Assembly: GCA_963674965.2 (NCBI GenBank)
Contig: CAXXFL010000005.1
Span: forward strand, 96,001 to 160,000
DNA length: 64,000 nt
Direction: 5' to 3'
Source of the DNA: a bacterium
GTDB taxonomy: Bacteria; RBG-13-61-14; DATKZS01
In this document: positions 28,459 through 38,524 of the stretch, in pieces
Position numbering within the stretch: the stretch's first letter is position 1
Layout: each line of letters begins with the position of its first letter
The notes under the pieces: model-generated
Database searches by the model: none
Told to the model about the DNA's origin: nothing
Seen by the model: the letters and a program-made list of their open reading frames with translations, nothing else
Program-made: the position numbers and the translations under genes

Positions 28459-29604
28459 TTACTTTCTTGGAGTAGATATTACCCCTTGTGCTATTCTTTC
28501 AAGGTCAGACTCAACAAGATTTGTGCCACTTGGCAGGCAGAGTCCGTTTTCAAATAAATACTCTCCACTCGAGCCTCCCCGGAATCGATACTTTGAAAAA
28601 ACCGGCTGAAGATGCATGGGTTTCCATACCGGTCGGGATTCGACGTCCTCACGGTCCAGATTCTTTCTGACGTCCTCCCTGTTGGCCCCGAATTTGTCCG
28701 GATCGACGATAATGCAGGTAAGCCATCTCGTGCAAACGCCATAATCGGCCTCCGGCATGAAAGAGATACCCGGTTCGCCCGCAAAGGCGTTCCGATAATA
28801 TTCGAAAACGTTGCGCTTTTGTTCCACTCTTAAGTCAAGCACTTTAAGTTGAGCGCGGCCGATGCCGGCGAGCACGTTGCTGAGCCGGTAGTTGAATCCG
28901 ACGACGGAGTGCTCGTAATGAGGGGCGGGGTCCCTGGCCTGGGTGGCCAGGAACTTGGCGCGATCGATCTTCTCCGGATCTTTTCCGACCAGCATGCCTC
29001 CTCCCGAGGTCGTAATAATTTTATTTCCGTTGAAGGAAAAAATCCCGAATTCACCGAAGACGCCCGGGCTTTGGCCCTTGTACCTGGCGCCCAGGCACTC
29101 CGCCGCGTCCTCGATGAGAGGAATTTCATAGTGATCGCACAACTCGAGAATCGGGTCGATATCGGCGCTTTGTCCATAAAGATGGGCCAGGATCACGGCC
29201 TTCGGCAACTCGCTTTTTAAGGCGCGCGACTTGAGTTCCTCCTCCAATAGATTTGGATCCATGTTCCACGTGCCAAAGTTACAGTCGATAAAAACGGGCG
29301 TGGCCCTCTGGTACATTATGGCGTTGGCCGAGGCGGCAAAGGTAAGGTCCGAGCATATAACCTCGTCTTGAGGGCCCACGCCGGCCATAATCAAGGACAG
29401 GTGAAGGGCCGCGGTCCCGCTGGAAAGCGCCGCCGCGCTTTTAGTTCCGATCTTTTTCGCGAACTCCTTCTCGAAGGCGTCCACGTGCGGCCCTAAAGGC
29501 GCGATCCAGTTATCACGAAACGCCTCAGCCACGTATGCCTCCTCCATGCCGGACATGTGGGGAGAAACAAGATATATGTGTTCTTTAGTCAATATTCCAC
29601 CCAT
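28459..29604 (-). CDS. DegT/DnrJ/EryC1/StrS PLP-dependent sugar aminotransferase (PglE/EpsN-like)
   Basis: NWIAPLGPHVDAFE, SSGTAALHL, IEDAAECLG, SFNGNKIITTSGGGML, GLCLPSG. Confidence 0.93.
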   Translation of the reverse strand: MGGILTKEHIYLVSPHMSGMEEAYVAEAFRDNWIAPLGPHVDAFEKEFAKKIGTKSAAALSSGTAALHLSLIMAGVGPQDEVICSDLTFAASANAIMYQRATPVFIDCNFGTWNMDPNLLEEELKSRALKSELPKAVILAHLYGQSADIDPILELCDHYEIPLIEDAAECLGARYKGQSPGVFGEFGIFSFNGNKIITTSGGGMLVGKDPEKIDRAKFLATQARDPAPHYEHSVVGFNYRLSNVLAGIGRAQLKVLDLRVEQKRNVFEYYRNAFAGEPGISFMPEADYGVCTRWLTCIIVDPDKFGANREDVRKNLDREDVESRPVWKPMHLQPVFSKYRFRGGSSGEYLFENGLCLPSGTNLVESDLERIAQGVISTPRK

Positions 29605-29618
29605 AAGGCGATAGCCGG

Positions 29619-30263
29619 TCAGCCATGTTCCTTTATTACCCTGGCGGGAACTCCAACCGCCGTCACGCCCGGCGGGATATCTCCGACCACGGCCGCCCCA
29701 GCCCCAATTACGGACCCGGCCCCGATCGTGATCCCCTGGATCAGGTTGGCCCCGGTGCCGATATCGACTCCTTCTCCGATGGAGCAGTTTCCCGAGATAT
29801 GCACGCCCGGGGCAATAGTGGCGTAATCTCCGATTACCACGTCGTGGCCCACCGTGCAATCGAGGTTGACGATCACGTGGTTTCCCACCCGAATCTGGGT
29901 GGTAAGGATATTGCCGGCGCAGATTATGACGCCGCTTCCTATCTCTAGATAATCGGACGCCTTAACGTCGGGAGCTATCACCGACGTGAACCTTATCCCA
30001 ATCTCCAGGGCCTTGGATACGACCTTTTTCTTCGACCTCGGGTTTCCGATGGCGCATAAGGCCGAGACTTCGTCCTTTTTCGAGGCCAGAGCCGAAAGGT
30101 TTCCCTTAACTTCCAGGTCGCAGATCGACTTGCCATGCAGTTTTGGATTATCGTCGATAAATCCCCATGGCTCGATCTCGGCGCCGGATTTTTTCATCTC
30201 ACGTATAAGCCACAGGGCCTCCCTGGCGAAGCCCCCCGCTCCGACAATCGCCACCTTGTTCAT
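29619..30263 (-). CDS. NeuD/PglD-family sugar acetyltransferase
   Basis: IVGAGGFARE, GFIDD, AIGNP, VGHDVVIG hexapeptide repeats, VGVPA. Confidence 0.92.
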   Translation of the reverse strand: MNKVAIVGAGGFAREALWLIREMKKSGAEIEPWGFIDDNPKLHGKSICDLEVKGNLSALASKKDEVSALCAIGNPRSKKKVVSKALEIGIRFTSVIAPDVKASDYLEIGSGVIICAGNILTTQIRVGNHVIVNLDCTVGHDVVIGDYATIAPGVHISGNCSIGEGVDIGTGANLIQGITIGAGSVIGAGAAVVGDIPPGVTAVGVPARVIKEHG

Positions 30264-30904
30264 CTTGGGACTCCATTTTCCGTCTTGGTCCCCATGAACT
30301 CACTCATCGTCGCCTGGTCCTCGCCGCTGATCCCTTCCCGCTTAACGACCTTCCAGATGGTTTTAAAAAGTATCTTGACGTCGAGCCAAAGAGACCAATT
30401 ATCCACGTACCAAACGTCAAGCTCGAACTTTTCCTCCCAGGTTATGGCGTTTCTCCCATTGATTTGAGCCCATCCGGTTATGCCCGGTTTCGCCTCGTGC
30501 CTTCTCCTTTGCTCGGGAGTATAACGGTCGAGGTATCGGACCAACAAGGGCCTGGGCCCCACAAGGCTCAACTCGCCCTTGAGCACGTTCCACAGTTGGG
30601 GTATCTCATCAAGACTGAAAGAGCGGATGAAACCTCCGAGCCTGGTCAGTCGCTCCTCGTCGGGAAGGAGGCCCCCCTTCGCGTCCGTATCTTCCGTCAT
30701 AGTCCTGAACTTAACCAAATCGAATGATTTTTCATTATAACCCGGACGGGTTTGGCGAAAAAAAACCGGGGAGCCCATAGTGAACCTAATAAGTAGGGCG
30801 ATCACGCCGATAACCGGCGACGCCAGCGTGAGGCCGAGTCCGGCGACCAAGAAGTCCATGATCCTCTTGAGGGCTAGTTGGCGCTCTTTTTCCCGATAAC
30901 TCAT
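30260..30904 (-). CDS. Initiating phosphoglycosyltransferase (PglC-like bacterial sugar transferase)
   Basis: KRIMD, KFRTM, SLDEIPQLWNVLKGELSLVGPRP, KPGITGWAQINGRN, DVWYVDNWSLWLD. Confidence 0.94.
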   Translation of the reverse strand: MSYREKERQLALKRIMDFLVAGLGLTLASPVIGVIALLIRFTMGSPVFFRQTRPGYNEKSFDLVKFRTMTEDTDAKGGLLPDEERLTRLGGFIRSFSLDEIPQLWNVLKGELSLVGPRPLLVRYLDRYTPEQRRRHEAKPGITGWAQINGRNAITWEEKFELDVWYVDNWSLWLDVKILFKTIWKVVKREGISGEDQATMSEFMGTKTENGVPR

Positions 30905-31785
30905 TTCGAAACGTCTATTTCCGGAAGGTCTTCAAGGTCGTTTCCCGCCAGATAGTCTCCCATTGACTGAAATTCAAAGTCCCCGACAAGGGCCGAAAGC
31001 TTATCGAGCGTTTTTGCCCTGCCATGGTATTGTGACGCGTTGAATACCGCGGTTTTTAGCCGCGCCTTTAGGGAGAGGCCGTCCGTTTCATATTTGAGAG
31101 GCTCCACGTCGCACTCATAGGGATGAAGGTAGACGGTCGCGGGTATTCCATCGTCGTTCATGGAATGAATGGCCCTTCGGCTTATCGAGTAAGGAAAATG
31201 CCTGAGATAGCCGCCTCCCGCTACCGGCCAGTTCTTGCCCGCGAACCGCGCGGTGGCAAGCGGAAACTCTATAAGGTCACCGGAGGACGTCTTTATCCTG
31301 TAGGGTTTCCGCGGGCTGCCGGGGGACCCGTATCTCCTGCCTTTAAAGGGAAATATGGAGGAATCGAAATCATGGCCCGTTTCGATAATACACTCGATTA
31401 CCTCGGGCCTTTCCAGGAACACGTTAAAGGCTGGAGCGCGAAAACCCCGGACCGCCGTCCCGGCCGCGTCCTCGATGATGGTCTTGGCGTCCGTGAGGTC
31501 CCGTTTTATCGCGCTCAACGGCTGGTCCCTGAACATGAGATGGTTCATGCCGTGCGACGCGACTTCGAACCCTCGGTTTTGTATTTCCTTCACAAGCAAG
31601 GGATGGGCTTTTACCACCGTGCCAAGGCAGAAACAAGTGGCACTTGCTCCGGCCTCGGAAATAACGTCCAGCATGGCCCTGGCGCGGTCGAGGACCCTTC
31701 CCGAAACGGGCGCGTTCTTGCCCAGCCTATCCCTCAGAAAGAGCGAACAATAATCCTCGACGTCAATGGTGAGCAAGTTGATCAA
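30901..31785 (-). CDS. Polysaccharide deacetylase (DUF3473 / PEP-CTERM-locus type)
   Basis: LTIDVEDY, EVASHGMNH, GFRAPAF, DSSIFP, AGGGYLR, YLHPYE. Confidence 0.88.
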   Translation of the reverse strand: MINLLTIDVEDYCSLFLRDRLGKNAPVSGRVLDRARAMLDVISEAGASATCFCLGTVVKAHPLLVKEIQNRGFEVASHGMNHLMFRDQPLSAIKRDLTDAKTIIEDAAGTAVRGFRAPAFNVFLERPEVIECIIETGHDFDSSIFPFKGRRYGSPGSPRKPYRIKTSSGDLIEFPLATARFAGKNWPVAGGGYLRHFPYSISRRAIHSMNDDGIPATVYLHPYECDVEPLKYETDGLSLKARLKTAVFNASQYHGRAKTLDKLSALVGDFEFQSMGDYLAGNDLEDLPEIDVSK

Positions 31786-32429
31786 CTGACAAATCCCGTC
31801 AGGAGAAAACCTGGCTCAGTGACGCGTATCTCGTATTTGTTTATTCCCTCCATCCGGGCCATGGATTCCACCTCTCTCTTGTCGTGAAAGCACACGGGAA
31901 GGCCTTTCATTTTGTACCGGAACTTTGTAACCGGGGCCCTTGGAAAATTATAGCCGGGAAAAGACGCCGTCACCACGCCGCGGGACGCGTCAATCATTTT
32001 TTTCCCGAACGACTCGTAATCGGCTATATAATCCAAAACGCCCATGGCGTGGGCCATGTCGAATCGATCCTCGAACTCCATTTGCATGAAGTCGCCCAGC
32101 CGGAAGTCTCAACGTTAGGCGACCCTTTCCTCCTTGGCGGTCCGGCAGGCCAGGCCGATCATGCCAGAGGCGAAGTCTATTCCCGTTACTTTCGTCGCTG
32201 CCGCCTTGGCGAGGGTTGTGCAGTAAACGCTCGTGCCGCGTCCTACGTCAAGGAAGGATTTACCATTTGCCGACATTGCGTGTTTTATCGTCGTTTCCCA
32301 GCGTTGTTTCAGTCCTCTTCTGAAGACGCCAACAAAAAAACCAAGGGTCAAGCTTCCTCCATGGTAATGCCCTCCCCATTGTAGCGCGTTATCACTGAAA
32401 TATTCCAGCACGCTCTCGCCGTCGTTCAA
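31782..32429 (-). pseudogene. Class I SAM-dependent methyltransferase interrupted by two in-frame stops
   Basis: ORFs 32115-32429 and 31782-32087 share a frame; junction reads ERVA*R*DFRLGDFMQ (TAA 32115-32117, TGA 32109-32111); motif I degenerate (LDVGRGTS), VTGIDFASGM, AMGVLDY. Confidence 0.85.
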
Positions 32430-33680
32430 TTATTTCTTTTCCATGCAAGTCTTTTGTTTTATTGGAACGCCCTTTGCCACGTCGCTGACCATGGAAAAGA
32501 GTCTTTCCATTAAAAGTTTCCTGTCATACTCGCGCTCGGCGAGCTTCCTTGCGTTTTGCGACATTCTCTTACGCCTGGCGGGGTCGTTTTTCAATTCCCT
32601 CACCAACCGCGCGAAATCATCCGGGTCCCCGGCGCAGGCGGACACGCCGGCCTCGTTATTTTCCAGTATCTCCCTTTGCCAGCCCCCATAGTTTAATATG
32701 ACTGGCCTACCCGCCGCAAGATAGTCAAAAAACTTGTTAGCGCTGTTGATTTCCATCGTCTTGTTGTTGATAACCGTTGACGCGCAAAGATCGGCGGCCG
32801 CGAGTGCCTCTGGCATGGCGGATTTCGGCAGCGGATCGATAAACGTCACGTTTTCTAGCTTAAAATCCCGCGTTGATTCTTTTAATTTCTCCTTGGCCGG
32901 CCCGTCTCCAATAAGCACGAATCTTACCGCCTTATCCGCGTCCCACGTGATCTTTGCCGCGTCGATAAGGTAATCCAGGCCATGTATGGTACCCATGGCC
33001 CCCGCGTACATGACGATAAAGGCGTCACCCAAGTCGTTTCTTTTCCTGAACGACGCTCCGTCAAAATCGGGGTTGAAAACGTGGTTGTCGCTGCAGTTGG
33101 ATATCACTTTGACCTTGTCGGGATCAACGCCGTGGGCTATCACGCCCCCGCGCATTCCAGGCGAGAGCGCGACTACAAGCCGGGACCTTTTATATCCCAG
33201 CCGGGCAAGGCGCATGAGGCCCCAAATTAGAGCGCGGTTTCGGATCAGCCCCAGACCGGCGACCTGCTCAGGCCAAAGGTCCCTTATCTCAAAAACCAAC
33301 GGCCTCCCATGCCACCAGGATAAAATGATACCAGGAACAATAACCGTGAGCGGCGTTGATGACGCGTATATAACGTCCGGTTTTGGCAACCCGAAGCCCA
33401 AGACGATAGATTGAATCAAAAACCAGAAAAAAGAGATTGATCTTCGAGGCAAGCTCATTTTTTGAGAATATTTTAACTTAGCCAATCGAAGGTTAATTCC
33501 CTCAATTTCAAGTGTACCTTCTTTGACATTTCGCTTAGACTTGGAATCCAGCAAGACTGGCGAGGTTAGAACGTCCACGTCCCATCCCTTTTCTCTGAAA
33601 GTCCGCGCCAATTCAAAGGAACGGGTGCTTACGGACGATTCTAACGTAGCGAAATATTGGATAATATATAAAATTCTCAT
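32430..33680 (-). CDS. Glycosyltransferase family 4 (WbuB-like)
   Basis: MRILYIIQYF, PDVIYASSTP, FEIRDLWPE, YAGAMG, IGDG, NKFFDYLAAGRPVI. Confidence 0.92.
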   Translation of the reverse strand: MRILYIIQYFATLESSVSTRSFELARTFREKGWDVDVLTSPVLLDSKSKRNVKEGTLEIEGINLRLAKLKYSQKMSLPRRSISFFWFLIQSIVLGFGLPKPDVIYASSTPLTVIVPGIILSWWHGRPLVFEIRDLWPEQVAGLGLIRNRALIWGLMRLARLGYKRSRLVVALSPGMRGGVIAHGVDPDKVKVISNCSDNHVFNPDFDGASFRKRNDLGDAFIVMYAGAMGTIHGLDYLIDAAKITWDADKAVRFVLIGDGPAKEKLKESTRDFKLENVTFIDPLPKSAMPEALAAADLCASTVINNKTMEINSANKFFDYLAAGRPVILNYGGWQREILENNEAGVSACAGDPDDFARLVRELKNDPARRKRMSQNARKLAEREYDRKLLMERLFSMVSDVAKGVPIKQKTCMEKK

Positions 33681-34107
33681 GAATTGGCTTCCCAAACCAC
33701 GCTATTGTCCCTCACGCTTTTAATAATTATAAGTCTCCAAGTATTGTTCGAGTCAATGGTGGAAAATCCCATACTTATCTTCTTTTCCATTATGTGAGAT
33801 GTAAATTTTTTATGCAGGAGATGGTCATTAAACAAACTCGCGGAAAATCAAACGTTTTATTACTCACATGATGAAAATAATCCACCTTTACATCTGCGAG
33901 TTGGTCTCCCAAAAAACTAATATTTGAGTGAGATTCTAACAATATACAAGTTACAAAGCGATTGTCAAGCCCTCGGGGAATGATACCATGGGACACATGA
34001 GAAAGGGCGCTTCAAACTCAACTTATTACACGGTCACGGGAGCGCGACTTTGCCGCTGCAAGCGTTCGTAATCCATGCGCCGGCAAAGAATTCCCTTCGC
34101 CCGATCT

Positions 34108-35163
34108 TCACTTGGGACCGCCAAGCAGATCGAGCGCGGCCTTTGCAACCTCTGTCGCCTCGACGTTTACAAGGCAATCTTTGCCGCAGGCCTTAGGATA
34201 ACACGGCGCCTCGGGGCAATCGTACACGATCAATATCTCGTTTTCTCGACTCTCGGGCGCGCATCTTTTCACCGACGTGGGTCCGAATATGGATACTCTT
34301 GGGACGCCGACCGCCGCGGCCATGTGCATCCAGCCGGAGTCCGCCGATACCATGAGAGGAGATTGGGAGACGACGGCTAACAATTGCCGTATGGGCAAGT
34401 TCCCGCTAATCCCTCTGGCTCTATTATCGTCCCGGGGCAGGATTTGTCTGACCAGGTCCGACTCGTCGGGTCCCCCGATCACCAGAAGATTTGACTGGGG
34501 AATTTCGCGCGAGATGATTTGCCACAACTCGCGATACCGCTCGGTGGGCCATCGCTTGAAAGGATTGGCCGCGTCGCATCCGGGATGGAAGACGATCGGG
34601 GCGGGGCCTTCCTTGAAATTCTCCTTAATCCATCGCGCGGCCGCGGCTTCTTCATCAGCGGACAGTAAAAGCTCGGGTGGACTCGGGTCCGGCTGGAGGC
34701 CAAGGCTTTCCGCCAGTTTTCTGCCGATCTCGGCGAAGCCGGTCTGGTATGGGACGTCCAGCGGATGGGTCAAGCCGATAGTGCTCCATCCGTCGGCCTC
34801 TCCCAGGCTCATCCCGACGCCCAGGCCCCGTGCCCATAGGGAGGACGCCATAGTAGAGCCGCCCGGAGCGGCGATCATGATATCGAAACGCTCGGGTCGC
34901 AAACTCGCGATATGCCTGAGCCTCCGCGCGCCGCGGCTCGTGGAGGGGACCTCGTAAAAAACATCAACCAGGCCGAGGTTCTCGATTATTGAGCGGGTAT
35001 GGGGCGAGGAAATCGTGGACCATATCTCGGCCTTGGGCAAGCTTTGCCTCAAGGATCGAAGAAGGGGAACGTTCTCGACCACGTTTCCGATTCCCTGATG
35101 ATTAAGGACGAGTATCTTCTGAATTTCAAACGGCGGCTTTATACGGCGTGGCCCGCGATCCAT
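34108..35163 (-). CDS. Glycosyltransferase family 9 (heptosyltransferase-like)
   Basis: GIGNVV..PLLRSLR, FHPG....KRWP, GGPDE, DSGWMHMAAAVGVPRVSIFGPT. Confidence 0.9.
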   Translation of the reverse strand: MDRGPRRIKPPFEIQKILVLNHQGIGNVVENVPLLRSLRQSLPKAEIWSTISSPHTRSIIENLGLVDVFYEVPSTSRGARRLRHIASLRPERFDIMIAAPGGSTMASSLWARGLGVGMSLGEADGWSTIGLTHPLDVPYQTGFAEIGRKLAESLGLQPDPSPPELLLSADEEAAAARWIKENFKEGPAPIVFHPGCDAANPFKRWPTERYRELWQIISREIPQSNLLVIGGPDESDLVRQILPRDDNRARGISGNLPIRQLLAVVSQSPLMVSADSGWMHMAAAVGVPRVSIFGPTSVKRCAPESRENEILIVYDCPEAPCYPKACGKDCLVNVEATEVAKAALDLLGGPK

Positions 35164-35620
35164 TGCAGTTCCTCATTTCCATTCTTGTCCAATATCGCTT
35201 TTGACTGAAAGGTCCTCCATACCGCGGCACTTTTTGAAACCATAAAAATACATAGCAATAAAGAGGATTAAACTATGGTAGGCGCATCCAGCCCGTTCAG
35301 TCAAGTGTTGAGACATTCTGCCCGCTCCGAACTCGCGGCCCAAGTCAGGAAAACGGGGCCGCTTATAAGGCCATTTCCAGGGACCGTTGGGATATCTAGA
35401 GATTCATCAATAACCCTAAACAATATCTCACAATCAAGCCCCTCGTGGGCGCGAGCGAGAACGCGCCGCTCATCCGGATCTGGAATGCGCGTCCTTGATC
35501 GCCATTTTGAATATTAAGTGGCTCCATAAGAAATTTCAGGCCGGCTGTTATTTATCGCCCTTGGCCTCCATGCTTCGGATAGACCTCTTTTATGAGCGGA
35601 GGCTCAGCCAATACAGAATA

Positions 35621-37018
35621 TTAAGTTATCTCTGAAAACTTGTCCGTGGCGCGCGTGGGCACTTTCTCGAAAGGGCGCGCCGCCCGAAGTTTCCCGTGCT
35701 CGGCGTTAATTTGTCTGGGAATGGTAATCGCTCCTTTATCAGCGTAGGTAATAGCGCTAACGCTTGTAAACAAACCCGTCAAGGCCCAAACATATGCATG
35801 ATACACATATCCATGAGTAGTAAAAATAAACAATGAAACCGACAAGTAATGAAACGCCAACGTGAAAACGAGAGGCCTTTTCATATTTACTATAATATTT
35901 TTTAACGGATAGATATTCGCGAGCAATAGAGTCAAAAAGCCCAGTAGCCCCAACTCCGCCAAAGCCGAAATATACACGCTATGAGCCGCTTGATGGTCAT
36001 TAAGCTCGTAAAAAACGTCAGTCTCCTGGAAAGACCTTGGGCCGCCCCCAAACAGAGGATTGTCTAAAAACATTCTTATCCCCTTTTGAAAAAGAAGAAT
36101 TCTAGGGTCCATTTTATTTTCCTGTATGGGCGCATACGAGTATTGCGCCTCTTGAGACTCATCTACAAAATACATGGTTATCCGCTCGAACGATTCTTTT
36201 TCGGAGGCCAATTGGATGCCGTAACGTATGGGTAGCATTAAAAACGCTAAAATAAATACGACTTTAAATTTTCGTTCCCACGCCATGAGTGACGCGAATA
36301 GAAATACGGCCGCAAGCAGTCCAGACCTGCTCATTGAGAGAATAAGGGCCGGAACGGCAATGATCGAAAACACTATCGCCATGGTCCTGACGATCAGAGC
36401 TTTCCTAATATTTTTGGTGACCACGCGGGCGTTGCCATAAAGATAATAGCAGAACGCCAATTGGTTTACGGAAGCAAAAGCCAGTGAATTTGCATTAACG
36501 TGCATCCCAAAGACTCTACTTGTTGCCATTAAACGATTAATGTCAATGGTAAAGTAATATATTATCGTCGATAAATTTAACGCCTGGGCCAAACCCAGAA
36601 GCGTGTCGAAAAAATATATACAGGAAATTATTAGCAAATTTATCGCTATTTGTCGTTCATTCGTGCAAATCACCGAGATGGCGCCGTAGCAGATAATAAT
36701 CCCCAATACTTGGCTGATAAAAATGGGAGACGGTGAGTTGGAACCGGAAGCGGAAAATAGATTGACCATAAAAAACAAAAAAGAAAAGAGAAGTACGATT
36801 GGCAAAACTTTATAATTTATCTTTGGCCTAATGAAAACGATAATGATAAACACGGCGGTCATTGAGAACTTGTACAAACTATGACCCTCATATATCGTGT
36901 AATATTTTAGAGGAAAAGTAAGCAGCGAAAAAATGACGCAGACTGCAAGCCAAGGCCTTTTAATCATGGCGATTAATAAAATAAATATCACGAATAGGGT
37001 AATATAATAAATAAGCAT
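35621..37018 (-). CDS. O-antigen ligase / Wzy polymerase-family membrane protein
   Basis: About 12 TM segments, NANSLA, SMSRSG, R..LF..GIRMFLDNPLFGGG, AHSVYISALAELGLLG; visibly AT-rich codon usage. Confidence 0.88.
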   Translation of the reverse strand: MLIYYITLFVIFILLIAMIKRPWLAVCVIFSLLTFPLKYYTIYEGHSLYKFSMTAVFIIIVFIRPKINYKVLPIVLLFSFLFFMVNLFSASGSNSPSPIFISQVLGIIICYGAISVICTNERQIAINLLIISCIYFFDTLLGLAQALNLSTIIYYFTIDINRLMATSRVFGMHVNANSLAFASVNQLAFCYYLYGNARVVTKNIRKALIVRTMAIVFSIIAVPALILSMSRSGLLAAVFLFASLMAWERKFKVVFILAFLMLPIRYGIQLASEKESFERITMYFVDESQEAQYSYAPIQENKMDPRILLFQKGIRMFLDNPLFGGGPRSFQETDVFYELNDHQAAHSVYISALAELGLLGFLTLLLANIYPLKNIIVNMKRPLVFTLAFHYLSVSLFIFTTHGYVYHAYVWALTGLFTSVSAITYADKGAITIPRQINAEHGKLRAARPFEKVPTRATDKFSEIT

Positions 37019-37036
37019 GGTAATGTAACTTTAAAT

Positions 37037-38146
37037 CTATGCCTGTTGATAAACTTCCTCATAACCCGCGACCATCGCCGCGAGACTGAAACTTCCAAGC
37101 GCCAGTTCCCTCGATCTATTACCGAATTCCATGGCCAGGCCCGCGTCCGAGGCGAGTCTGACCATGGCCTTGGCCCCCGCCTCCGGGTCGCCGGGAGGAA
37201 CCAGAAAACCGTTTTCCCCGTCCCGTACGATCTCGCCGATCCCTCCCACTTGGGAACCCACCAGCGGCAGTCCACAGGCCAGGCCCTCGATGAGAGAAAC
37301 GGGCAGACCCTCGCGATAGGACAACAGAAAAAGCGCCCGCATCCTTGACAATTGACTCGATACGTCCCGTACGTGGCCCGTAAACTCCACTTTATCGGCT
37401 ATACCCAACTCCCTGGCCAAATCCTCCATTTGACTCTTCAATGGTCCGCCGCCTACCAGAATTCCCTTGATCGGGACCTTGGACTTTTCCATGGCCCTGG
37501 CAAGAGATCTCAGGAAGACGTCCTGCCCTTTTCCATTGGTAAATTGAGCCACCGTGCCGAAACAAACCTCTCCGTCCAAATCTTTATCACGCTGATGAAA
37601 ACGCTCGGTATCGACTCCGTTGACGATCTTTTTTAATTTCCCCCTGGTAAAGGCCTTTTTTTGCAAGGCCTTATAACCATTTTGACTCACGGCGACGATA
37701 ACCTTGGCTTGAAGGAGCGTAAAGGAATCAAGCAAGGTAAGAACGCGCTTTTTCAAGGAGGAAAATAAATAATCGGAAATCAGACTCGGCCGGGTGACGA
37801 TGAAGTCCACGCCCGAAAGCGCGCAGGCCCAGGCCGCTTGAAAGTCAAGCGATATAGGACCTTGGGAATGGACCAGATCAGGTTTCAATTCTTTGATCAA
37901 CCTATAAAGTCTCCAAAAAGCCGTCGCGTCCTTCCAGCCCGCCGACTCGAATGGAATCAACTTGACGTCCCGGAAGGAGCGAAATTCTTCCACCAATGTA
38001 CCCCGGGGCGAGTAAACCACCGCGTACTCGAGGGATTTTTCGCGCCTCAGGCGAAGGAATTCCTTGAACCTCATCTCGGGACCGCCAACTCCCCTTTCAG
38101 AGCCGTAACCGCCGGCGTGCGAGACTAACAGCATGATTAAAGGCAT
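37037..38146 (-). CDS. Glycosyltransferase family 4
   Basis: GGPE, KPDLVHS, IVNGVD, KGQD, EGLPVSLIEGLACGLPLVGSQVGG (EX7E). Confidence 0.92.
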   Translation of the reverse strand: MPLIMLLVSHAGGYGSERGVGGPEMRFKEFLRLRREKSLEYAVVYSPRGTLVEEFRSFRDVKLIPFESAGWKDATAFWRLYRLIKELKPDLVHSQGPISLDFQAAWACALSGVDFIVTRPSLISDYLFSSLKKRVLTLLDSFTLLQAKVIVAVSQNGYKALQKKAFTRGKLKKIVNGVDTERFHQRDKDLDGEVCFGTVAQFTNGKGQDVFLRSLARAMEKSKVPIKGILVGGGPLKSQMEDLARELGIADKVEFTGHVRDVSSQLSRMRALFLLSYREGLPVSLIEGLACGLPLVGSQVGGIGEIVRDGENGFLVPPGDPEAGAKAMVRLASDAGLAMEFGNRSRELALGSFSLAAMVAGYEEVYQQA

Positions 38147-38524
38147 TGATATATACGTAATGTCCGGGCCCTGAAAAAGTACAACCGATTATGGCCCCGC
38201 GATACCGGTAAAAGCGCCAAAATAAAACTGATTGACTTCCCCAAGGGTCCCCGCTCCAAATTTAAAACGAAATATAGCACACTTTCGGCCGGATTGTCCA
38301 TAAAGTTATGAATGTCCCGAAACTTTATGCCGACCTTCTGGGAATGAGAATCAATGTCATTTCCCGCGCCATCACACATTTATTCCGATAAGGCTGAAAC
38401 GTTTTACAAAGGCGCGTCTCCTTATATGACAATTAAACTGGCGATGAACGCCGCGGAACGAACATAACATTCGATGAAGTTCATTTATCATTAATTCCAG
38501 TGATTTACAAGAAAGGCCCACGCG

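Noticed and set aside
32109-32111. In-frame TGA at a likely Cys position, suggesting selenocysteine or recoding
   Set aside because: A TAA lies two codons upstream in the same frame, the SAM motif is also damaged, and TGA is a normal stop in many genes here
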